NCBI GenBank assembly: GCA_025059205.1
Contig: JANXDS010000001.1
Coordinates: forward strand, 76,014 to 140,013
Length of the DNA: 64,000 bases
Reading direction: 5' to 3'
From: Aigarchaeota archaeon
GTDB lineage: Archaea > Thermoproteota > Nitrososphaeria_A > Caldarchaeales > Wolframiiraptoraceae
This document shows, piece after piece, positions 29,741-40,007 of this stretch. The position numbers were made by a program, and so were the translations under genes. The notes under the pieces are model-generated. The model saw only the letters and a program-made list of their open reading frames with translations, ran no database searches and was not told the DNA's origin. Position 1 is the first letter of the stretch, and every line of letters starts with the position of its first letter.

Positions 29741-29965
29741 ATGACTCAAGAAGAAAAAATAGTAAAGATAGTAGTTCGCAAAAACGGTCCCTATAGGGTT
29801 TATGGGTCTTTCCAACTCGTGGATTACGAGGACAACGCTTTCCAGCTACCTACGGATAAAGAGTTTATCTCCCTTTGTAGGTGCGGCGCCTCGGAAAATA
29901 AGCCGTTTTGTGACGGATCACATCACAAGATAAACTTCCAGGCCGATACTAAGGCCAAGAAGTAA
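29741..29965 (+). CDS. CDGSH iron-sulfur domain protein (mitoNEET-like)
   Basis: CRCGASENKPFCDGSH motif. Confidence 0.7.
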   Translation: MTQEEKIVKIVVRKNGPYRVYGSFQLVDYEDNAFQLPTDKEFISLCRCGASENKPFCDGSHHKINFQADTKAKK

Positions 29966-30064
29966 CGCCAAAGTTGCATAAATTGCATAAGCGCTAAAGA
30001 TTTTAACATAATTTGCCATCAAAGATAGATTTTAAACGAACATGTTTCCAAGAAAAGTTTTAGG

Positions 30065-31078
30065 ATGATGAAGCGACGAAACTTATTGATAATAACGACA
30101 GTCGTCATCGTAGCACTCGTCCTAATCGCTTCCCTTATTTTCTTGCCCAAAGAGGAAACCAAGTACAGCATCAAGATAGGTAACGTTCCAGCGATAACAT
30201 ACGCTCCAACATACGTTGCGATTAGTCTCTTCATGGACGACGTGGGTATAAATGCGACCTACGTAGCGTTCCCGAGCGGCACTAAGGCAAGGGAGGCCCT
30301 CATAACCGGCGAGATAGACTTTGCCTCACTATCAACGGTGCACGTACCCATAGCTAGGCTTAAGGATAGGCCCCTGAAGATAATAATGTCGCTGCACTCC
30401 CGAGAAATATTTTCGCTGATGGTCAGGTCGGAATTGAAGGATACCGTTAAGGATGTTAAAGACCTGAAAGGTTTGAGGCTGGGTTTCTCGGCACCTGGTG
30501 CGGGAAGTTGGGCGTTTGCTGTCTACCTCTTAAAAAAAGCCGGACTCGAACCTGGGAAGGATGTAGAAATGGTGGCCGTTGGAGAACTTTCGACAATGTA
30601 CTCAGCCTTAAAGGCTGGAAAGGTTGACGCAGCCATGACGTGGGATCCGTTGACGACGCAGCTGATAGAAAGTGGTGAGGCTTACGCTTTGGTAGATCTC
30701 TACGACCCGGAACAGCACGCCAAGTTGTTGGGAGATGAAGCGATGTCGCAGGTCTTAGTCACGAATGAGAACCTCATATCTAAGAATCCTGGCCTCGTCG
30801 AGAGGGTCGTGAGGGCTCACGAGATGGCCTTGGAGTTCATTAAGAAAGAGGATACCAGGAAGGTTGCCGAGATCCTCCAACCGTACTTCAAGGGTATGGA
30901 TATAACGTTACTTGAGAAGGTCTTGAAGAGGATAAAAGAGGCTATACCTGAGGATGGTAGCCTAAGCGAGTCAGCCTACTACGCTGACCTAGTGCCGTTA
31001 ATCGAAACTGGTGTTCTAGAGAAAGGTGTGAAGTTCGAAGAAGCCGTAGACTGGAGATTTGTCGGCAGGAGACCTTAA
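30065..31078 (+). CDS. ABC transporter substrate-binding protein (NMT1/THI5, nitrate/sulfonate/bicarbonate-type)
   Basis: N-terminal TM/signal anchor. It sits upstream of an NitT/TauT-type ATPase and permease. Confidence 0.65.
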   Translation: MMKRRNLLIITTVVIVALVLIASLIFLPKEETKYSIKIGNVPAITYAPTYVAISLFMDDVGINATYVAFPSGTKAREALITGEIDFASLSTVHVPIARLKDRPLKIIMSLHSREIFSLMVRSELKDTVKDVKDLKGLRLGFSAPGAGSWAFAVYLLKKAGLEPGKDVEMVAVGELSTMYSALKAGKVDAAMTWDPLTTQLIESGEAYALVDLYDPEQHAKLLGDEAMSQVLVTNENLISKNPGLVERVVRAHEMALEFIKKEDTRKVAEILQPYFKGMDITLLEKVLKRIKEAIPEDGSLSESAYYADLVPLIETGVLEKGVKFEEAVDWRFVGRRP

Positions 31079-31080
31079 TT

Positions 31081-31890
31081 ATGAATACGGAATGCGTATC
31101 GGTTGACGGACTGAGCGTCTCTTATCTTTCATCGACGGGAAGACTTGAGGCGCTTCGGAACGTGTCATTCAAAGTATACGACGGCGAATTCGTCACAATA
31201 GTTGGTCCAAGCGGTTGTGGGAAGACTACATTACTTAATGCCATAGCAGGTCTGCTAACTTTTCGAAAGGATGTGTTGATGGACGGCAAGGTATTCGTCA
31301 AGAATGCCAGAAGTATAGGTTACGTTTTTCAAAGAGATGCGCTCCTTCCTTGGAGGACGGTCATCGATAACGTCGCGCTAGGTCTCGAAATCAGAAAATT
31401 TCCAAAGGAAAAAAGAAAGGATATAGCGCTAGGCTTCTTGAAAATGGTTGGACTTGAAGATTACGAGAATAAGTATCCACGTGAACTATCCGTGGGTATG
31501 AGACAGAGGGTTGCGTTGGTTAGGGCTATCGCATATGATCCGGAAATCATACTTATGGATGAGCCGCTCGGCTCGCTTGACGCCCAAACTAGGATGGCTC
31601 TTCAGGATGAGGTACTGATGATACATGAGAGGACACGAAAGACCGTGCTAATGGTTACGCACGACATAGCCGAGGCCATAATATTGAGTGACAGAGTACT
31701 CGTGATGAGCAGCAGACCTGGTAGCGTAAAGTCAGAGTACTTCATCGAATTACCAAAACCCAGGTCCGCATTCAGTTCAAGACTCGAGCCAGAATTTAAT
31801 AGGCTTTATAGGCTCATACTGGATGACCTAAAGGAAGGTATACGATCGGGTCGGCAAGATCTCCGTGAACGTGGAAGGTACGGGTCATGA
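31081..31890 (+). CDS. ABC transporter ATP-binding protein (NitT/TauT family)
   Basis: Walker A GPSGCGKTT, signature LSVGMRQRV, Walker B ILMDEP. Confidence 0.85.
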   Translation: MNTECVSVDGLSVSYLSSTGRLEALRNVSFKVYDGEFVTIVGPSGCGKTTLLNAIAGLLTFRKDVLMDGKVFVKNARSIGYVFQRDALLPWRTVIDNVALGLEIRKFPKEKRKDIALGFLKMVGLEDYENKYPRELSVGMRQRVALVRAIAYDPEIILMDEPLGSLDAQTRMALQDEVLMIHERTRKTVLMVTHDIAEAIILSDRVLVMSSRPGSVKSEYFIELPKPRSAFSSRLEPEFNRLYRLILDDLKEGIRSGRQDLRERGRYGS

Positions 31891-32678
31891 AGTTCCTAAA
31901 GAATAGCTGGACGTTACATCTAAGGCGTTTAATGCTTCTGATAACGTTCTTATTTCTTTGGGAAGCCTTAGCCGGTGGAATACACCCATCTTTTTCACTC
32001 TTCGACCCATTTTACTCGAGTAGTCCAACCCGTATTGCACGCGAACTATACGTGCTTTTCTTCCAAGAGAACATCCTAAAGGATATACTCATAACGCTTG
32101 GAGAAGCTTTCGCAGGTCTTGTTATAGGTATAGCGAGCGGTGTAGCTTTAGGTCTAATTTTCGCCTACTCAGAGCCGATAGCCTCTACATTCGAACCGCT
32201 AATGTCTGCGCTGAACTCCATTCCTAGACCGGCACTTGCACCATTAGTCATCTTCTGGTTTGGTATTGGAATCTTCTCTAAGATATTCCTAGCATGGTCG
32301 ATCGTGTTCTTTGTCATATTCTACAACACCTATCTCGGTATAAAATCCATAGACCCGGATATACTGAACGTCATGAGGGTCATGAACGCCAGCAGGTTTC
32401 AGACGATGCGAATAGTTATTCTGCCATCCGTGGCATCATGGATATTTGCAGGTCTAAGGCTTAGCATCTCGTATGCTCTCATAGGCGCGATAATAGGAGA
32501 ATTCGTCGGCGCAACTGCAGGTATTGGATACCAACTCATCTATGCCGAGGGACTCTTAATGAGTGATAGGCTCTATGCGCTAGTTTTGATAATTGCTGTC
32601 ATGGGTGCTACACTCGTGGAAATTACCAAACGGGTAGAAAGCAAACTCTTAAGATGGAGACCGGAAGTCATTCTTTAA
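31887..32678 (+). CDS. ABC transporter permease (NitT/TauT family)
   Basis: Six-TM BPD_transp_1-type protein, overlapping the ATPase gene. Confidence 0.8.
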   Translation: MKFLKNSWTLHLRRLMLLITFLFLWEALAGGIHPSFSLFDPFYSSSPTRIARELYVLFFQENILKDILITLGEAFAGLVIGIASGVALGLIFAYSEPIASTFEPLMSALNSIPRPALAPLVIFWFGIGIFSKIFLAWSIVFFVIFYNTYLGIKSIDPDILNVMRVMNASRFQTMRIVILPSVASWIFAGLRLSISYALIGAIIGEFVGATAGIGYQLIYAEGLLMSDRLYALVLIIAVMGATLVEITKRVESKLLRWRPEVIL

Positions 32679-33528
32679 CTATCATAACATCTAAACTAAT
32701 ATCTATAGACCTAGCGGAGTGCGTAATCTCACCTATTGAGATTATGTCCACACCGGTTGTTGCATATTCAACGACATTCTCTTCGGTGATACCGCCTGAT
32801 GCTTCGATTAACAGTCTTTCCCGTAATCCGGCTGCTTCTAACGTTTTGATCACCTCTTTGATTTCGGATGGTTCCATGTTGTCGAGCATTATTATATCGG
32901 CACCCCCTTTCGCAGCTTCGAGCGCATCCTTCACGTTCGAAACTTCAACTTCAACTTTTATAGCAAAGCTCGCGAGCTTTTTTGCTCTCTCGACCGCTAA
33001 CCTAACGTCGCCTAGGACAGCTATGTGGTTGTCCTTTATCAGCACCATGCTCGACAAATCGTATCTATGAGTATCGCCGCCACCTATCCTTACGGCTTTC
33101 TTCTCGAAAAACCTTAAACCCGGTAACGTCTTTCTCGTGGCCGCAACCCTTACATTTGGGTTTACTCGACGTACTTTCTCAACAATCCTTCTCGTATGTG
33201 TAGCTACACCGCACATATGCGCAAGTAGGTTTAGGAGAACCCTCTCGACCGATAAAATATTCCTTACGCTGCCTGTGAGTTCCAGCAAGACTTCGCCCTT
33301 ATCAAAAGGTTCTCCATCCTTCTTGAGGACTTTAACGTTAAGATTAACCAGATCTGCCAGCTCTTTAGCTTCATCACCACCACACATTATGCCCGGCTCT
33401 TTTGCTATCACAACCCCTTTACCTAACGCATCTTCCGGAATTAATAACTCGCTCGTTACATCTCCCCAGCCTAAATCCTCTTCAAGGAATTTAAGCAGCT
33501 GCCTCCTCAAACTCATCACTAGAACCAC
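32668..33528 (-). CDS. nadC: nicotinate-nucleotide pyrophosphorylase (quinolinate phosphoribosyltransferase)
   Basis: N-terminus LLKFLEEDLGWGDVTS and a C-terminal TIM-barrel with IIMLDNM...IEASGGIT. Confidence 0.8.
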   Translation of the reverse strand: MVLVMSLRRQLLKFLEEDLGWGDVTSELLIPEDALGKGVVIAKEPGIMCGGDEAKELADLVNLNVKVLKKDGEPFDKGEVLLELTGSVRNILSVERVLLNLLAHMCGVATHTRRIVEKVRRVNPNVRVAATRKTLPGLRFFEKKAVRIGGGDTHRYDLSSMVLIKDNHIAVLGDVRLAVERAKKLASFAIKVEVEVSNVKDALEAAKGGADIIMLDNMEPSEIKEVIKTLEAAGLRERLLIEASGGITEENVVEYATTGVDIISIGEITHSARSIDISLDVMIVKE

Positions 33529-33563
33529 TTACGTCATATAGTGTTAAAACAAGAAAATTAAGT

Positions 33564-35144
33564 CTACGTTGAACCTCCAACAGCTGTTAACTGCTTTCTG
33601 ACGTAAAAATCTTGACTCAACTTTCTACCGGTGCGCCGCTCCCACTCAGGGATAGGTATGCCGTACTTCGCCTGTATAACGTCTCTGTAAATCTCTGGTA
33701 AAACGTTGAAGGCGCAAAACGGGATAATGCGACCGTCCGGCACGAGGTAGTGAATACTGCACCTTTTAACTCTCTCTATGTCGTAGTTGTACTTGTCTTG
33801 GAAGTGCATCATACCAAGGAAAAGGCTTCTTTTGTGCCACTCGCCAAGGCTTCTGTAGTCATGCTTTACAAGCATCTGGAAGAGGATTCTGGATATGTTC
33901 AGTCCAGTGGGCTTTTTACTTTCATTTATAAAACTCTTTATCTTCATGAGCAGCTTTAACCCGACCACGTACTTATTCTTTCCTTGCCTTATCTCTTCTG
34001 CCTTTTCAGAGACGTAATTAAGCAAACCTTCAACATCGACGAAGTCAGTTATCGGTACGAGCCTGTCTCCGTCTTTAAAAACGTAGGTTCCGGCACCGCA
34101 AACAAAGTGAGGCGTCAACTCATACTGTGGCCTAAGTGTTAGGGCCTCTACGAAGTGCGTCACTGGCGTACACGTAGGAACCGGAAACCAAGCATCCGCC
34201 GGTATCTGTCCATCCGTTTGCTCTTCTATGAGGTGAATACAGTCAGGTATTGTTATCCTATACTTCTCTCTGTCTTTTCTTGGCATCAAACCCGTTAAGG
34301 ATACCGGTTGGAAGTTCACAGACCTGACTATGTCTATGTTTCTGAAACCAAACCTGATAATTTCTCCCAACTCATGATCGTTGACGGACTTTATTATAGT
34401 AGGTACAAGAACGACACCAGTGTTAAGCTTCCTTGCATTATCCAAAATTGCTGGCACCTCCCAGTGGTTCTTCAAGTTCGCCTCTGGTGTTACACCATCG
34501 AAGCTTAGGTATAGCGTGCTCAAGCCAGCCTCCTTAACCTTTCTGAAAAACTCGAAGTCGTTGGCGAGCCTTATGCCGTTCGTGTTAAGCTGGACATGGT
34601 CGACACCGTGCTTTTTAATTATGCGTATTATCTCGGGAAGGTCATCTCTCAGGCATGGCTCCCCACCAGTCAACTGTACGGAGTTACCCGGCACCGGTCT
34701 CTCCATCCTAAGTATCTTTACCATCTCATCTATTTGTTCCAACGTAGGCTCGTAAACATACCCTGCCCTCTCGCTGTAGAAGAAGCAGTACCAGCACCTT
34801 ATGTCGCACCTGTTTGTTACAACAAGGTTTGCGAGAGCCGTGTGGCTCAGATGCATGCTGCATAGACCACAGTCCATTGGACAGGTCGGTTCCTTGATCT
34901 GGACGTTTGGGTTCTCTATCCCTTTACCGTCGTGTGCCCATCTGCTAAACCTTCTGTACATATTCACGTCGCCAAAGTAAAGTTCCTCGACGTAACCGTG
35001 CTCGGGACAAGATTTTCTCATCATAACTTTTCCATCGATTTCGACAAGCTGTGCCGGTATTATCGCATTGCAAGTAGGACAAACGCTCTGGGTAGTGGTG
35101 ATGACATTAGCATCTTCCTTTAAAGATTTAACGGCTTGAGTCAA
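33564..35144 (-). CDS. radical SAM protein with N-terminal zinc-ribbon/rubredoxin-like Cys pairs; tetraether-lipid-synthase (Tes)-like family suspected
   Basis: CDIRCWYC radical-SAM motif, N-terminal CPTCN...CPEHG, size 526 aa. The Tes assignment is from memory of that family's architecture, not from a motif. Confidence 0.45.
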   Translation of the reverse strand: MTQAVKSLKEDANVITTTQSVCPTCNAIIPAQLVEIDGKVMMRKSCPEHGYVEELYFGDVNMYRRFSRWAHDGKGIENPNVQIKEPTCPMDCGLCSMHLSHTALANLVVTNRCDIRCWYCFFYSERAGYVYEPTLEQIDEMVKILRMERPVPGNSVQLTGGEPCLRDDLPEIIRIIKKHGVDHVQLNTNGIRLANDFEFFRKVKEAGLSTLYLSFDGVTPEANLKNHWEVPAILDNARKLNTGVVLVPTIIKSVNDHELGEIIRFGFRNIDIVRSVNFQPVSLTGLMPRKDREKYRITIPDCIHLIEEQTDGQIPADAWFPVPTCTPVTHFVEALTLRPQYELTPHFVCGAGTYVFKDGDRLVPITDFVDVEGLLNYVSEKAEEIRQGKNKYVVGLKLLMKIKSFINESKKPTGLNISRILFQMLVKHDYRSLGEWHKRSLFLGMMHFQDKYNYDIERVKRCSIHYLVPDGRIIPFCAFNVLPEIYRDVIQAKYGIPIPEWERRTGRKLSQDFYVRKQLTAVGGST

Positions 35145-35387
35145 GAGATAGCACCGAGCTTATCACATAAGAACCCTTTGCGATTTTTAAACGTTTCTAA
35201 CCGAATACATAGATGAGTGGTGTTAGTACGTTTCCAATAGATGAGTAAACCACACTTCAACAACGTTCCACGTTCATCATCCGTTAAAATTTTTTACAGT
35301 TATAGAACAAAGACCTTTTATTATAAATCCGCCACCTCACCTTTAAATTTCGGAATAAATTTCTAATCTTAAGGGAGCGCCCAGGCT

Positions 35388-36071
35388 TTGCCAGACGAAA
35401 TAGAGGTAATAGTACCCGATAAAGAGGAGGTCCTTGACATAGAACTTGAAGAGGATTTACTCGAAGCCAATAGAAAAATAGCCGAAGAAAATAAACAACT
35501 CTTAGAAAAGTACCGAATAAGAGCAATTGATGTAATGGGCTCGGTGGGTTCGGGAAAAACGACGTTGATCGAAAGACTGATAGGGCTACTAAAGGACAGA
35601 TATAGAATCGCGGTGTTCGGTGGCGATGTTACGACGACGATAGACGCCGAAAGATTAAGGAAGGCTGGTGCTAAGACGTTACAGATAAACACTGGTAAGG
35701 AATGTCACCTTGATGCCAACCTCGTGAGAAAGGCTCTAGGCAAAATAGACCTAAACGACATCGACGTACTTTTCATAGAGAATGTTGGGAACCTCATATG
35801 TCCGGCCGAATTTCCACTTGGAACTGACAGCAGAGTCGTCGTCATAAGTGTGACAGAGGGCCCCTACACACCACTGAAGCACCCTTACATATTCATGGAA
35901 GCTGATGTAGCAGTCATCAATAAGATAGATCTAGCTGAAGCCATGGATGTGGACGTTAACGAGTTGGAGGCTAAGATAAAAAAAGTTTCTCCGGATGTTG
36001 TGGTCGTTAGGACGAGTTGCAAAACCGGCGAGGGTATAGAGAAGGTAGCTAAGGTACTGGGTCTGTTATAG
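35388..36071 (+). CDS. hypB: hydrogenase nickel-incorporation GTPase HypB
   Basis: G1 motif GSVGSGKTT and the HypB C-terminal region. It starts on TTG. Confidence 0.85.
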   Translation: MPDEIEVIVPDKEEVLDIELEEDLLEANRKIAEENKQLLEKYRIRAIDVMGSVGSGKTTLIERLIGLLKDRYRIAVFGGDVTTTIDAERLRKAGAKTLQINTGKECHLDANLVRKALGKIDLNDIDVLFIENVGNLICPAEFPLGTDSRVVVISVTEGPYTPLKHPYIFMEADVAVINKIDLAEAMDVDVNELEAKIKKVSPDVVVVRTSCKTGEGIEKVAKVLGLL

Positions 36072-36073
36072 AC

Positions 36074-36445
36074 ATGCACGAGTTCTCTGTAGTGTTAAAC
36101 CTCATAGAGAAAGTGGTGGAGGAAGCTAAGAAAAGAGACGCGAAAAGAGTTATAGAGGTTGAATTGGACGTCGGTCAGTTATCCTTCCTTAATCCAGAAC
36201 AGATGCGCTTCGCGTACAACGTACTTTCTAAGGACACGATCCTAGAAAATTCCAATCTAATAATCAACACCGTAGACGCCCGTGTTAGATGCGGGGTATG
36301 CGGTTTTGATGGTAAGCCGGACTATGCGGATGACGCATCTTATCATATCTCGGCGCCTCTGTTCCTGTGCCCTATCTGTGGAAACCCTGTGGAAGTTATA
36401 GAGGGGAAGGGTTGCATCATAAAAAGGGTGAGGCTTGAACTTTAG
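36074..36445 (+). CDS. hypA: hydrogenase nickel-insertion protein HypA
   Basis: N-terminal MHE motif plus a CGVCG...CPICG zinc site. Confidence 0.8.
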   Translation: MHEFSVVLNLIEKVVEEAKKRDAKRVIEVELDVGQLSFLNPEQMRFAYNVLSKDTILENSNLIINTVDARVRCGVCGFDGKPDYADDASYHISAPLFLCPICGNPVEVIEGKGCIIKRVRLEL

Positions 36446-36493
36446 AGGTCTGACGAGGGTTTATTAGCTAGAATGACGTGATTTTATAGAAGA

Positions 36494-36709
36494 ATGTGCT
36501 TAGCTATACCCGCAAAGGTTATCGAAAAAACCGGTAACATAGCCAAGGTAGATTTTGGTGATAGTACACTCAGAGAGGTTGACGTATCGCTTGTAGAAGT
36601 TTCAGTAGGACAGTATGTGCTTGTTCACGCTGGCTACGCCATACAAGTTCTTGATGAAGAAGAAGCGCTCAAGACGATAGAGTTGTTGTCAGATATGCTT
36701 AGCGAATGA
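36494..36709 (+). CDS. hypC: hydrogenase maturation factor HypC
   Basis: 71 aa, MCLAIP N-terminus with Cys2. Confidence 0.85.
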   Translation: MCLAIPAKVIEKTGNIAKVDFGDSTLREVDVSLVEVSVGQYVLVHAGYAIQVLDEEEALKTIELLSDMLSE

Positions 36710-36733
36710 TGGTTGTATCTTTGGTGATACTGG

Positions 36734-37819
36734 TTGAGTTTTTTGAAGGAATTCAGGAATAGAGAGTTAGCGGAGGCACTTGTACGCAAGCTCAGGGACA
36801 TCCCTTTGAGGAAACCTATTAAGATATGTCATGTATGCGGTACGCATGAATGGACAATAGTCCATTATGGTTTACGCTCACTCCTCCCAGCCAACATAGA
36901 GCTCATCGCCGGACCTGGCTGCCCTGTATGTATAACCCCCGCGTTGGATATAGACCAAGCCGCTGAGCTTGCACTTCAAGGCAAGATTGTCACTGTATTC
37001 GGAGACGTGTCAAGGTCCATTGGTACTAAATACTCCTTAGAGGCTGTAAGGTCCGAAGGCGGTAGCGTGAAAATTGTTTATAGCATAATCGACGCCATAA
37101 AAATAGCGAAATCGGATCAAAGCAAGGAGGTTGTCTTCTTCGCAGTAGGCTTTGAGACTACTGCTCCAATCACTGCACTATACATACTTAGAACTCCGCC
37201 GAAAAACTTCTCGATACTCAACTCGCATAGATACGTGCCGCCCGCGGTCATTAACCTTTACTCGCGTGGTAAGTTGGAAATGGACGGCGTAATAGCTCCT
37301 GGTCACGCCACAACTATAAGTGGTTTAAAGGCTTACGAGCCTCTCGCTAAAGAATACGGGATACCCGTCGTTGCTTCCGGCTTTGAGCCCGTGGACGTTT
37401 TGATGTCTATCTTCATGCTAGTTAAACAGATATCAGAAGGTAAGGCGGAGGTGCTGAATCAGTATTCGAGATCCGTTACATGGGAAGGCAATGTTAAAGC
37501 AATGCAAACGATCGGCCGTGTGTTCGAGCTGACCGATGCTCACTGGAGGGGTATAGGCAAGATAGACCATAGCGGCTTCGTATTAAAGGACGAGTTTAAG
37601 GATTACGACGCAAGGTACAAGTACGGTCTGAAGAATGTGGACTACGCCAGCGAAATGCATCCGGGATGCAGATGCGCCGAGGTTATGCTTGGAAGGATTA
37701 AGCCTACACAATGCCCGCTCTACATGAAAACGTGCAAGCCAAATAAACCCATCGGACCGTGTATGGTCTCCGTAGAAGGTGCATGCAGGATATGGGCAAC
37801 CCACATGTTGTTACCATGA
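36734..37819 (+). CDS. hypD: hydrogenase maturation factor HypD
   Basis: 361 aa with CHVCGTH (CGxH), GPGCPVC and a C-terminal Cys cluster. Confidence 0.9.
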   Translation: MSFLKEFRNRELAEALVRKLRDIPLRKPIKICHVCGTHEWTIVHYGLRSLLPANIELIAGPGCPVCITPALDIDQAAELALQGKIVTVFGDVSRSIGTKYSLEAVRSEGGSVKIVYSIIDAIKIAKSDQSKEVVFFAVGFETTAPITALYILRTPPKNFSILNSHRYVPPAVINLYSRGKLEMDGVIAPGHATTISGLKAYEPLAKEYGIPVVASGFEPVDVLMSIFMLVKQISEGKAEVLNQYSRSVTWEGNVKAMQTIGRVFELTDAHWRGIGKIDHSGFVLKDEFKDYDARYKYGLKNVDYASEMHPGCRCAEVMLGRIKPTQCPLYMKTCKPNKPIGPCMVSVEGACRIWATHMLLP

Positions 37820-37865
37820 TTATTGAAAAAGTTATATACGCACAAAAATTCTCAAAATATGACTT

Positions 37866-38981
37866 ATGAGTACGAAACGAGAGTCGCCAGAATACGTAAG
37901 AATAAGTCTTGCTGCGGCCATGACCCTGGGTCTGGTAAATGGTGCATTCTTTAGGAATGCGACCCTATATTGCGTTAACCTTCTCTTAACGTACGACAGT
38001 GGTTGCGTAGGAAGGTGTGCTTACTGCGGACTTTCCAGAAGTAGGAAGCTAGAGAAGGTTTGGACCGACTATAGCTTCATACGTGTTGACTGGCCGACGG
38101 TTAGCCTAGACGAGGTCCTTGAAAGGATAGATTCGTGCCCATATGTCGAAAGGGTTTGCGTATCGATGGTAACAAACCGCAAAGCACCTGAGGATTGTCT
38201 AACTATCGTCAGGAGGTTACGCGAAAGGACGGACTCGATATCCAGTCTGATAACGCCGACGATAATAGACCGTAGCTGGCTCGAGGAGTTAAAGAGGGTA
38301 GGGGCCGACAAAGTAGGTATAGCGATAGATGCTGCTACGCCGGAGCTTTTTGACAAGTTAAGGGGCAAAGGGGTTAATGGTCCCCATCGTTGGGAGAAAT
38401 ACTGGAATACGGTCGAAGAGGCTATAGAGGTATTCGGCAAGTACAATGTTGGTATTCACTTGATAGTCGGCCTTGGTGAGACTGAGGAAGAGATGGTTAG
38501 GTGCATACAAACGGCTTATGATATTGGTGCGCTAACGCATCTGTTCTCATTCTTCCCAGAAGAGGGCTCAGCTATGGAGAAAAGCTCCCAACCTCCGATC
38601 GGACAGTATAGGCGTGTGCAGCTCGCCCGCTACTTGATTAACAAAGGTCTAACGGTCGTTGACAATATGCGTTTTGACAATTCCGGAAGATTGATAGATT
38701 TTGGTCTAGAAAAAGATGTACTCGATGAAGTGATAGAAAGTGGACTTCCTTTCATGACATCAGGATGTGCCAGTAAGAAAAGAGATAACGCGTGCAACAG
38801 GCCCTTCTCGGATTATACGCCGTACCATGCTCTAATAGGTGAAATAAGAAATTATCCATTCGTACCAACAAAGGAGGATATCAAGCTGATAAGAAGACAG
38901 TTGCAGGACTACTCCAACATTCCGGTTAAAGTATGGGTAGAAGGACTGGAAGGTCTATCGGGATGTGCTGAACATATCTAG
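37866..38981 (+). CDS. radical SAM protein, candidate alternative lipoyl synthase subunit (LipS-type) of the sLpl/LipS/LipT module
   Basis: CVGRCAYC CX3CX2C motif. It lies 47 bp after hypD, immediately before a second radical SAM gene and a lipoate-protein ligase gene. The family call is by gene-neighbourhood signature, not by alignment. Confidence 0.5.
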   Translation: MSTKRESPEYVRISLAAAMTLGLVNGAFFRNATLYCVNLLLTYDSGCVGRCAYCGLSRSRKLEKVWTDYSFIRVDWPTVSLDEVLERIDSCPYVERVCVSMVTNRKAPEDCLTIVRRLRERTDSISSLITPTIIDRSWLEELKRVGADKVGIAIDAATPELFDKLRGKGVNGPHRWEKYWNTVEEAIEVFGKYNVGIHLIVGLGETEEEMVRCIQTAYDIGALTHLFSFFPEEGSAMEKSSQPPIGQYRRVQLARYLINKGLTVVDNMRFDNSGRLIDFGLEKDVLDEVIESGLPFMTSGCASKKRDNACNRPFSDYTPYHALIGEIRNYPFVPTKEDIKLIRRQLQDYSNIPVKVWVEGLEGLSGCAEHI

Positions 38982-39010
38982 GCTAAGCTAACGGTGTCAT
39001 CGGTGGTTTT

Positions 39011-40003
<993 letters not shown>

Positions 40004-40007
40004 TGTA

